From Bryobacterales bacterium (GTDB taxonomy: Bacteria; Acidobacteriota; Terriglobia; Bryobacterales; UBA6623): DNA of 64,000 nucleotides. The position numbers and the translations under genes were made by a program. The notes under the pieces were generated by a model that had not been told where the DNA came from, searched no databases, and was given only the letters and a program-made list of their open reading frames with translations. Below are positions 56,314 to 64,000 of the stretch, piece by piece. How positions within the stretch are numbered: the stretch's first letter is position 1; every line of letters starts with the position of its first letter. The DNA is taken from assembly GCA_026713545.1 (NCBI GenBank), contig JAPOOG010000065.1, positions 8 to 64,007 on the forward strand, written 5' to 3'.

Positions 56314-56480
56314 AGCAGCCTCGCGACCGCCGTTACAGGCCTGCTTGCGCAAGACGCCTGCGTACACCTCAATAGGGGTAGGCAGTGGCGAGACACAGTC
56401 TCATCGATGTGTGTAAGTATTACAAAACACTAGAGTTGGGAAACGAGACTGCCGTATCCGCATGATATCCGATCGAGTTG

Positions 56481-56834
56481 CTAACCCTGGCTCAGTCCGA
56501 TGAAGAAGACACCGGCAACCACCAGGGTCAGCCCGACGATCTTGTTGCGATTGAACGGTTCATCGAAAAACCAGCGGGACCAGAGCAGCCCCCAGACATA
56601 GCTGGTCGAAACCATCGGATACAAAATCGTCAGGCTGCCGTCCTTGATACCCAATACGTAAAGGACTGATGAGGCCAGGAACAGCGAGATGCCAGCGGCG
56701 ACCGCTGACAGCCACCGCAAAGGTGGCTGTGTCCGCCGCTGGCGGTCGGCGCCGACTTTGAGGAGGGCCATCGCGATCGAGCCAAGCAGGCTCGCCGCCA
56801 ATACCAGCAGTATCGAGGAAGCCGGCGTTGTCAT
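56481..56834 (-). CDS. half-size DMT/EamA-like (ArnE/ArnF-like) membrane protein
   Basis: ~117 aa and 4 predicted TM helices. There is an ATGA overlap with the upstream paralogous half. Confidence 0.6.
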   Translation of the reverse strand: MTTPASSILLVLAASLLGSIAMALLKVGADRQRRTQPPLRWLSAVAAGISLFLASSVLYVLGIKDGSLTILYPMVSTSYVWGLLWSRWFFDEPFNRNKIVGLTLVVAGVFFIGLSQG

Positions 56835-57244
56835 GACCGGCTCCCGGCGCCGATGAACGAAACCCCGGCGACGATCAGGGTCAGGCCGGCGATCTTCGAG
56901 ATGCTGATCACATCCCGAAAATACATCGGGGAGAGGATTGCCACCCAAACGAAGGTCAAGGCAACGATCGGATAGAGAATGGAAAGCTGCCCTCCCCGAA
57001 AGGCGAGCACTACCAGTACGACATTCATCGCCAGGCAAGCGTAGCCGCCGATAAGGGGAACATTCGTGATGATCCCGATCAGGTTCGCTCCCTCGATCGC
57101 ATCAGCCCCGAACCGGAGCAGGATCTGAGCGGCCGCCCCGCTGACGGTGCTGAGTACGATCAGGCCGATCGATGCGAGAGAAGTGTAGTGGGCGGGGCGG
57201 CCCGATTCGTTCTGCGGAACCGAATCACTCAACCCGTCTATCAT
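56831..57244 (-). CDS. half-size DMT/EamA-like (ArnE/ArnF-like) membrane protein
   Basis: ~137 aa and 4 predicted TM helices. It is translationally coupled to 56481..56834. An alternative start lies at 57280. Confidence 0.6.
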   Translation of the reverse strand: MIDGLSDSVPQNESGRPAHYTSLASIGLIVLSTVSGAAAQILLRFGADAIEGANLIGIITNVPLIGGYACLAMNVVLVVLAFRGGQLSILYPIVALTFVWVAILSPMYFRDVISISKIAGLTLIVAGVSFIGAGSRS

Positions 57245-57436
57245 CGCAGAGCATGGTGCGGCGATGTGCGGCCTCGACAAGCGCCCGCTTATAGCCGTTT
57301 CTCTCTATTTCGTAAGACGATCTCGGAAGTGCCTTCACCCGGGGGATCGTGGAAGACGAAGTAGAATAGACGATACGCCTTCCCCCCGCTGTCCCTTCAG
57401 GGAACGAGCACGGGACAGCTATCAGTCCAGCCGGCT

Positions 57437-58597
57437 ATGAGGGACACCTATCGGATCTTGCGCGAGGAACTCGTCCCGTACTTTCCGGACCTGGCCTCCT
57501 GCCGGAATACTTCCGAACTGCTGTCGCATCCGGCCTATCGCCGCATTATGCCCTCCGTCAGCAGAGTGCTGACCGCGACGGAAACCGAGAGTTTCGCGGA
57601 GAGCGAAGCGCCTGCCCGCGATCAATACCGGATCGTCGCCTGGAACCTCGAACGGGGTATTCAGTATGAAGGGCAACTCGAGGCGCTCAAGAACCACCAC
57701 TACCTCACAGCCTGCGACGTCCTGCTGCTGACCGAGACGGATGTAGGGATGGCGCGCTCCGGCAACCGGCATGTCGCGCGCGATCTGGCTCGGGAACTCG
57801 GCATGCACTATGCCTTTGCTCCTTGCTATGTGAATCTTTCGAAAGGAGCCGGCGTCGAGTACGACGTCGAAGGCGAGAACCTGCTTGGGTTGCACGGCAA
57901 CGCGATCCTGAGCCGCTATCCGATCCGGAACGTGAGGAGCATCCCGCTCAAGAACGGCAAGGACAAGATGGCCGGCCGGGAGAAGCGCCTCGGTCAGCAG
58001 ACGGCGATCGTGGCCGATGTGGCGCTTCCGGGCAAGACCCTCATCGCCGTCTCGGTCCACCTTGATGCGCAGTCGAGTCAGCCGCACCGCAGAGACCAGA
58101 TGCGCGACGTGCTCGACGGGCTGAGAGGCGATCATCCGGCAGTGATCGGGGGCGACTGGAACACCACCACCTACAACTCCTCTCGGGCGTTCCAAGCCAT
58201 CATGGGCTTCTGGTTGCGCGTTTTCATGGGCGTCGACAACGTGATCGACAACCACTATCTGCATCCCTACCATCGCTTCGAGTCGGCTCTGTTCGCGTTG
58301 ATCGAGTCGCGAGGGTTCGACTACCGGACTTGCAATCGGCTCGGGGAGCATACCGCTTCCTTTGACTTCGACGACGTCAAGATGCACAAGGATCTGCGGG
58401 AGTGGCTCCCCGCGTGGTGTTTCCCGTTCATCCGATGGTCGTTGCGCAACCATGACGGCAAGTGTCCGTTCAAGATCGACTGGTTTGCGACCCGCAGGGT
58501 GCAAGCGGTCAATCCGGTCGTGCTGCATGAGTTCCGGGAGGGGCGCGAGCCGCCGCTGTCCAATCACGACGCGATCGGAGTCGATATCCTGGTCTGA
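57437..58597 (+). CDS. endonuclease/exonuclease/phosphatase (EEP) family protein
   Basis: 'IVAWNLERG', 'LLLTETD', 'GNAILSRYP', 'GGDWNT', 'SNHDAIGVDI'. Confidence 0.75.
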   Translation: MRDTYRILREELVPYFPDLASCRNTSELLSHPAYRRIMPSVSRVLTATETESFAESEAPARDQYRIVAWNLERGIQYEGQLEALKNHHYLTACDVLLLTETDVGMARSGNRHVARDLARELGMHYAFAPCYVNLSKGAGVEYDVEGENLLGLHGNAILSRYPIRNVRSIPLKNGKDKMAGREKRLGQQTAIVADVALPGKTLIAVSVHLDAQSSQPHRRDQMRDVLDGLRGDHPAVIGGDWNTTTYNSSRAFQAIMGFWLRVFMGVDNVIDNHYLHPYHRFESALFALIESRGFDYRTCNRLGEHTASFDFDDVKMHKDLREWLPAWCFPFIRWSLRNHDGKCPFKIDWFATRRVQAVNPVVLHEFREGREPPLSNHDAIGVDILV

Positions 58598-58801
58598 CCT
58601 GTATGTCTCGCCACGTGACGAGGTGCGGTGCATGAGAGGGCCGCCAGGACGAGGTGTTCGCCGCGGAGAGCGCGGCGCCGTGTTCCTGAAGCGCCCATGC
58701 TTTGTCTACCGGTCCCAAAGCGGCTGACGCCGCATGACTGGCGTCATGCGCTGCCGAGCCGGTTTGCCTGAAAAGTGCTGCAAACGGTTTCTGTTCGTGC
58801 A
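58594..58801 (+). repeat. diverged type-1 repeat, copy E
   Basis: 'CTGACCTGTATGTCTCGCCACGTGACGAGGTGCGGTGCATGAGAGGGCCGCCAGGACGAGG' parallels the copy B start. The EEP gene's TGA (58595-58597) lies inside the conserved terminus. The right end (~58801, ...CGTGCAG) is uncertain. Confidence 0.55.
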
Positions 58802-58924
58802 GGAGTTCGATTAGGCTTTCAACGAAGGTGTGCCCACTGGAAACTGCTTGACCGGCTGCATGGGGTGCCGGCTAGGCATCGGCCGATCACGGTGAGTTAT
58901 ATTCTTGCCAGCAGGAGTTTTGTA

Positions 58925-60355
58925 ATGCGCTCATTTTATGCGAGTTTCGTGGCGGTCTTGGCGATCGCTGCCTCGACGCTGACGGCGGCGAACTGGCCTG
59001 GGTTCCGTGGTCCGAATAGTTCGGGCGTCGGCTCGGCGGAAGCCCTGCCGCTCGAGTTCGGCCCCGGGAAGAACGTTGTTTGGAAGACGGAGCTGCCCTC
59101 GGGCAAGTCGTCTCCCGTGCTGACCGAGAAGCACATCTTCTTGACGGCGTGGACGGCGGACAGCCTGTTGACGTTGGCGTTGGATCGCCGCACCGGCGAG
59201 CTGCTCTGGAAGAGCGCGGTGCCTCGCGCGCGTAAGGAGCACATGCATCAGTTGAATAGCGCCGCGTCCGCCACGCCCGCCACGGACGGTACGAACGTCT
59301 ATGTTTTCTTCGGCGATTTCGGGCTCGTTTCCTACAGTCCCGAAGGGAAGGAGCGCTGGCGTCTACCGCTGGGACCGTTTACGAACTTGCATGGGATGTC
59401 GGCCTCGCCGATCGTTGTGGACGACAAGGTCGTGCTGGCTTGCGATCAGGATGTGGAATCGTTTGTGCTGGCCGTCGGGAAAGACACCGGCATGGTCGCT
59501 TGGAAGACGATGCGGCCGGAGGTGGTTCACGGGTTTTCGACTCCGAGTGTCTACGTCTCTCCGGGCGGCGAGAAGCAGATCATCGTGCCGGGATCGTACG
59601 TGCTGATTTCTTATGCGGCGGAAACGGGCGAAAAGCTTTGGTGGGTGCGCGGGCTGACCTGGCAGGTGAAGCCGGCCGCCCTGGTCGAAGACGGTGTGAT
59701 TTACGCCACCGGGTGGGCGCCGGGTGCCGAGCCTGCGCAGAGGAAGTTCTTTCCGGTGTTCGAGGTGGCGGCCAAGGAGGCCGATCCGAACGGCGACGGC
59801 CTGATTTCTCCTCAAGAGCTTCCCGAGAAGTGGGAGCCGGCCGGTTCCTGGCGGGCGGTCGATCTGGATCGAGACGGCTTTCTCAGCGCGCGGGACTGGA
59901 GCTTCTACATCGCGCGTCGCGGATCCAGGAACGCCACGATTGCGGTCCGCCCGGGGGATGAGAGAGGCGACCTGACCGAGTCGCACGTTGTCTGGGAGTA
60001 CGAAAGATCCGTACCGGTAGTACCGACGCCGGTTCTTTACGACGGTTTGCTCTATATCGTCAGGAACGGAGGCATCCTTGCCGCGCTTGATGCGGTTACA
60101 GGCGAAGTGGGACGGCTGGGACGGCTGGAAGGTGCGATCGACAACTACTACGCTTCGCCGGTTGCCGCAGACGGAAAACTGTTTTTTACGAGTGAGACAG
60201 GGAAGGTGACCATAGCCAGGCCGGGCATGAATTGGACGGTGCTGAAGGTGAATGACCTGGGCGAGCCGGCCTACGCGACGCCCGCGATTGGGGATAAGCG
60301 GATCTATATCAGAACGGAGTCGGGTCTTTACGCCTTTGGGAGTGAGGGGCAATGA
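58925..60355 (+). CDS. exported PQQ-like (BamB-like) beta-propeller protein with an inserted EF-hand pair
   Basis: Signal peptide, then 'ANWPGFRGPNSSGV' and 'VVWKTELPSGKSSPV'. The insert 'DPNGDGLISPQEL...DLDRDGFLSARDW' holds two canonical DxDxDG loops. Confidence 0.7.
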   Translation: MRSFYASFVAVLAIAASTLTAANWPGFRGPNSSGVGSAEALPLEFGPGKNVVWKTELPSGKSSPVLTEKHIFLTAWTADSLLTLALDRRTGELLWKSAVPRARKEHMHQLNSAASATPATDGTNVYVFFGDFGLVSYSPEGKERWRLPLGPFTNLHGMSASPIVVDDKVVLACDQDVESFVLAVGKDTGMVAWKTMRPEVVHGFSTPSVYVSPGGEKQIIVPGSYVLISYAAETGEKLWWVRGLTWQVKPAALVEDGVIYATGWAPGAEPAQRKFFPVFEVAAKEADPNGDGLISPQELPEKWEPAGSWRAVDLDRDGFLSARDWSFYIARRGSRNATIAVRPGDERGDLTESHVVWEYERSVPVVPTPVLYDGLLYIVRNGGILAALDAVTGEVGRLGRLEGAIDNYYASPVAADGKLFFTSETGKVTIARPGMNWTVLKVNDLGEPAYATPAIGDKRIYIRTESGLYAFGSEGQ

Positions 60356-60559
60356 GACTGGATGGGTCGGGTTGCGCCTGCTTGCCGCCTGCCGCGCTTC
60401 CGTGCCCGGCGGCGCGGCCGCGCCGCTTTACAACCGCGCCTCGGTTCGGCAGGTGAGCAGTTCCGTGCCACTGCTCGCTAACGGTCCGTGCTGAAACCCG
60501 CGTAGTGCCGCTCGAATGCGGCGGGGCCTTTCACCAAGGGCTGTTAAGATTGAATCGCC

Positions 60560-61987
60560 ATGACGAAACGAACGAGCCGGAGTTTCTTGTCCGCTGTTCT
60601 TCTGGCGGCAGCGGCCTATCCGTTGGTGGGCGGTGACTGGTCGCGCTTTCGGGGACCCAACGGGACCGGAGTTGCCGAGACGAGCGGGCTGCCCACGGAG
60701 TTCGGTCCAGACAAGAACGTCGTTTGGAAGACGGCGCTGCCGATGGGCAAGTCGTCGCCCGCGTTGACCGGGGATCGCATCTTTCTGACGGCCCACGAAA
60801 ACGAGAAGCTTTTCACGATCTGCCTCGATCGGGAGAGTGGAAAAATCCTGTGGCGCCGCGAGGCGCCGGGTCGGCGGCTCGAGAAGAAACATCGCCTGAA
60901 CGACGAGGCGGCCTCGAGCCCGGTAACGGACGGTGAGAACGTCTATGCGTTTTTTGGCGGCTATGGGCTGCTCTCGTACGGCCCGGACGGCAACGAGCGC
61001 TGGCGGAAGCCGATGGGACCGTTTACGAATTTCCACGGCATGGGAGCGTCGCCGATTCTCGCCGGCGGCAAGCTGCTGATGGTTGTCGACCAGGACATCG
61101 ATGCCTACATGATTGCCGTCAACACGAACGACGGTAGCGTCGCATGGAGGACGGACCGTCCGGACATGGTCCACAGCTTTTCGACGCCGGTGGTGCACCG
61201 GCGAGAGGACGGCAGGACGGAGCTGATTGTTCCCGGTTCTTACCAAATGGTGAGCTATGACGTGGCGAACGGCGACGAGGTCTGGCGCATCAAAGGGCTG
61301 ACCTATCAGGTGAAGTCGGTGCCGGTGATCGAAGACGGGATTCTTTACTTCAACGGCTGGGCGCCCGGGGGCGAACCTGCGGTGCGGCTGGTCCTCCCCG
61401 ACTTCCCCGAGATGCTCAGCCGCTTTGACACGGACGACGACAAGCGCCTCTCGAAGGCCGAGATTCCCAAAGAGTGGCATCCCGGCAATTGGGCGATGCA
61501 GGACCTGAACAAGGACACCGTGTTCGACGCCCGGGATTGGAAGTACTACCAGAGCCGTCGTACCTCCACGAATGCGACGATGGCTGTGCGGTTGGGCGGG
61601 CAGGGCGATATCACTGACACGCACGTTCTTTGGCGCTATCGGAAGACGCTGCCCGACGTGCCGTCGGTCCTGCTGTATCAAGGCGTGCTGTACACGGTCA
61701 AGAAGGGCGGCATCGCCATGACGCTGGACCCGAAGACGGGCAGGGTGCTCAAGGTGGGGCGCCTGATGGGAGCGCTCGATGATTACTACGCTTCTCCCGT
61801 GGCCGGCGACGGGAAGGTGTACCTGGCGAGCATGCTGGGTAAGATCACGGTGCTCAAGCCCGGTGGGCAGTGGGAGGTTCTGTCAACGAGCGATCTGGGC
61901 GAGGACGTTTTCGCCACGCCGGCGATTGCTGACGGCCGGATGTACGTGCGGACGTCGAAGAACCTCTACTGCTTCGCTAAACGGTAG
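60560..61987 (+). CDS. exported PQQ-like beta-propeller paralogue with degenerate EF-hand-like insert
   Basis: It has the same architecture: 'GDWSRFRGPNGTGV' and 'VVWKTALPMGKSSPA'. Its insert is 'DTDDDKRLSKAEI...DLNKDTVFDARDW'. Confidence 0.7.
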   Translation: MTKRTSRSFLSAVLLAAAAYPLVGGDWSRFRGPNGTGVAETSGLPTEFGPDKNVVWKTALPMGKSSPALTGDRIFLTAHENEKLFTICLDRESGKILWRREAPGRRLEKKHRLNDEAASSPVTDGENVYAFFGGYGLLSYGPDGNERWRKPMGPFTNFHGMGASPILAGGKLLMVVDQDIDAYMIAVNTNDGSVAWRTDRPDMVHSFSTPVVHRREDGRTELIVPGSYQMVSYDVANGDEVWRIKGLTYQVKSVPVIEDGILYFNGWAPGGEPAVRLVLPDFPEMLSRFDTDDDKRLSKAEIPKEWHPGNWAMQDLNKDTVFDARDWKYYQSRRTSTNATMAVRLGGQGDITDTHVLWRYRKTLPDVPSVLLYQGVLYTVKKGGIAMTLDPKTGRVLKVGRLMGALDDYYASPVAGDGKVYLASMLGKITVLKPGGQWEVLSTSDLGEDVFATPAIADGRMYVRTSKNLYCFAKR

Positions 61988-62396
61988 CGCGACGATTCGC
62001 CTCTCAGCGCAGCGGCTCTTTTTACCTTGTGCGGTGACTCCTCGACGCTTGCATGAGTAGACGGGTTTGAACAACAACGAGAGGTAGCGGGGCAGGGGTT
62101 TGTCGGCTCGGAGACGCCCATTGCGGTGGCTGTAGTCTGACGAGTTGTCTGGTTCGAACCTTCTGATGACGCGGCCGGTGACAGCTCCGAAGGCCTTCCG
62201 CGTCACCCGGCGCGCCGAGACCTGTTGAACTTTTCTTGCTGCGCTCCGGCGTCTGATGCCATGGGATTCGTTGAGCATGAACTGCGGGACTGCTAGCCTG
62301 AGTGTCAGCAACCCCGTGGAGGAAGCACGCTCCGGCGGCAGTCACCGAAGAGCGGATGGGCGCTTCCGCACGAGCTCGAAGTGCAGGAGGGAGATT

Positions 62397-62843
62397 GTGC
62401 CGCATCGATACTTTTATGCCGTGGTCCTGGTGTTGACGTTCGCCGTTTCGAGTTGCTCGATCGGCCATGCGCTCGAGTTCGAAAACGTCGAGAAGCAGAC
62501 GCGTCAATTCATCGAGTGGGAGCGAACCATCAAGCTGACGCCCGCTCAAGAGGCGATCAAGAAAGAGGCGCTCGGCGCCATGCCGGCCCCTTGCTGCAGC
62601 AACAACAGCGCTTATACCTGCTGTTGCCCTTGCAACCTGTCGCGATCGATGTGGGGTTTGTCGAACTACATGATTGCGAAGCAGAATGCCGGCGTGAGGG
62701 CGGTGCAAGCCAAAGTTGCCGAGTGGGTGGCGTTCGTCGCTCCGAACGGCTACAGCGGTGATACCTGTTACACAGGGGGCTGCCGCCGTCCGTTTCACAG
62801 GAACGGCTGTGGTGGAATGAAGCCGGACCAGTTGGTTTTCTGA
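62397..62843 (+). CDS. Cys-rich putative lipoprotein of unknown family (CC-x7-CCCxC cluster)
   Basis: GTG 62397 lies 6 nt after GGAGG. It has a signal plus lipobox-like 'LTFAVSSC'. The mature part contains 'PCCSNNSAYTCCCPCNL' and 'CYTGGCRRPFHRNGCGG'. Confidence 0.5.
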   Translation: MPHRYFYAVVLVLTFAVSSCSIGHALEFENVEKQTRQFIEWERTIKLTPAQEAIKKEALGAMPAPCCSNNSAYTCCCPCNLSRSMWGLSNYMIAKQNAGVRAVQAKVAEWVAFVAPNGYSGDTCYTGGCRRPFHRNGCGGMKPDQLVF

Positions 62844-62956
62844 AGTTTTTGCACGTCGTCCCCGCTCCGGAACGATCACGACAGGACCTGGCGGCGAGTG
62901 CCGGACCAGGGATCGTTCCTGCTCTGTTCTTCACCCTTGACGAGGATGCCGGCGGC

Positions 62957-63784
62957 TCACAGCTTGGCTCCGCAGTATTTGCAATGAGTGGCGTTGAAGT
63001 CGTGTCCTTGCGTTTCACAGGCGCGGCAGGCTTGCTTCCTCACACCCCCTGCCGGTGAACGCACCAGTTCCGCGGAGACAATGCCCGTCGGCACGGCGAT
63101 GATTCCATAGCCGAGAATCATCAGGACCGAAGCCAACACCTGACCAATGACCGTTTGAGGTGCGATGTCGCCGTATCCCACGGTGGTCATTGTTACGACC
63201 GCCCAGTACATCGAAGTGGGAATGCTGTCGAAACCATTCTCCTCGCCCTCGATCAGATACATCGCCGCGCCCATGATGAGCACCACCATCAGTACAGCGC
63301 CCAGAAAAACCGTGATCTTGTGGCGGCTCGCTTTCAGTGCGTTGAGCAGCACGTGGGCCTCGCCGAGGTATTGTGCGAGCTTGAGAATCCGGAACACCCG
63401 AAGCAGCCGCAACGCGCGAATGACGAGCAGTGATTGAGAACCGGCGATAAAGAAGCTCAAGTACGTGGGCAGGATCGAAACGAGATCGACAAGACCGAAG
63501 AAGCTTCTGATGTAGCGGCCGGGACGAGGCGAGCAGTAGATCCGCAGGAAGTACTCCGCGGTAAACAGCAGCGTGAAGACCCATTCGAGAATCCGCAACG
63601 GCCGGCCGTGTTCGGCGCTGATGTCGGCGACGCTGTCGAGCATGACGGTCAGCACGCTCAGCAGGATGGTCCACAGCAAGGCAATGTCGAATGCCTTGCC
63701 GGCGGGGGGATCGGCTTTGAATATGATTTCGTGAACTCGCCGGCGGAGATCGCTGGTGTGGATGGGGCCTTGTGGTTCGGTCAT
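62957..63784 (-). CDS. voltage-gated K+ channel (6TM, Kv-like) with a C-terminal zinc ribbon
   Basis: S4 'RALRLLRVFRILKLAQY', selectivity filter 'TTVGYGD', C-terminal 'CRACETQGHDFNATHCKYCGAKL'. Confidence 0.8.
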   Translation of the reverse strand: MTEPQGPIHTSDLRRRVHEIIFKADPPAGKAFDIALLWTILLSVLTVMLDSVADISAEHGRPLRILEWVFTLLFTAEYFLRIYCSPRPGRYIRSFFGLVDLVSILPTYLSFFIAGSQSLLVIRALRLLRVFRILKLAQYLGEAHVLLNALKASRHKITVFLGAVLMVVLIMGAAMYLIEGEENGFDSIPTSMYWAVVTMTTVGYGDIAPQTVIGQVLASVLMILGYGIIAVPTGIVSAELVRSPAGGVRKQACRACETQGHDFNATHCKYCGAKL

Positions 63785-63793
63785 GTTGGCAGT

Positions 63794-64000
63794 CTAGCCT
63801 GCCTTTCTCGCCGCGCGGCGAGGTGAAGTGCGTGAGAGGGCCGTCAGGACGAGGCGCGAGCCGCTTGGCGCGCCCAGGTCTGGCAGTCCGTGGCAAAAGT
63901 CCCGTGGAAGGCGCGGCGGGCTACTGTAGTCGCTCGGCGCGGAGTGAGGAGGATGGCGATCCGGGTGATCTCCTTCGACGAACGACAAAGCCGACGGCTG
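63794..64000 (+). repeat. chimeric repeat, copy C: type-1 hairpin end (63794-63878) joined to the type-2 module (63879-64000, truncated by the window edge)
   Basis: 63799-63876 parallels the first ~78 nt of copies A and B and includes the perfect palindrome CTCGCCGCGCGGCGAG. The rest matches the reverse complement of 10266-10392. Confidence 0.75.

Noticed and set aside
62137-62169. Hammerhead-ribozyme-like CUGA(C/U)GA boxes (62137-62143 and 62163-69).
   Set aside because: No GAAA box follows a stem II in the required position, and no consistent three-stem junction can be drawn.
1-64000. Looked for CRISPR arrays, rRNA/tRNA genes, integrases, transposases, phage genes and known defence-system cores.
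   Set aside because: No regularly spaced short direct repeats, no tRNA-like cloverleafs and no recombinase, transposase or RT motifs were recognised by eye. A proper tRNAscan, Rfam or HMM run could still find something I missed.

Overview
High-GC bacterial chromosomal segment. Gene content suggests an Acidobacteria-type genome (inference only): a giant protein with two 'VWFA-related acidobacterial'-style modules, PQQ-like propellers, and a futalosine-pathway gene. The core is a complete dcw cluster on the + strand (20008-36702): mraZ-rsmH-ftsL-ftsI-murE-murF-mraY-murD-ftsW-murG-murC-ftsQ-ftsA-ftsZ, with a phased MraZ-box array upstream. The left flank holds an exported alpha/beta-hydrolase, a frameshifted hicBA pair, a PQQ-type dehydrogenase fused to a haem-c domain, pyc, grx-trxB, a Dabb protein, cytochrome c peroxidase, an MqnE/MqnC-family radical SAM enzyme, vapBC, argD and a PGI-like protein. 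The right flank holds a DUF885 lipoprotein, an orphan radical SAM enzyme, an exported Cdh/HIT-like protein, dgt, feoAB, lepB and a 1317-aa VWA-TPR-VWA protein. Beyond these lie a tandem segmental duplication, an RraA-like protein, an enolase-superfamily protein, a pair of half-size DMT proteins, an EEP-family protein, two EF-hand-bearing propeller paralogues, a Cys-rich lipoprotein and a Kv-type K+ channel. I recognised no rRNA, tRNA, CRISPR array, transposase or integrase. The least explained signals are: (i) a hairpin-ended, MITE-like repeat family with at least 5 copies, several abutting stop codons; (ii) a second, highly structured repeat module found in the same orientation upstream of trxB and the K+ channel; (iii) parallel homopolymer frameshifts in hicB and hicA, and a trxB with no canonical start codon; (iv) a ~1.2 kb tandem duplication that left a relic 3' gene fragment; (v) an uncharacterised CC-x7-CCCxC lipoprotein behind a structured leader. 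All family assignments come from motif recognition by eye. No database search was run.
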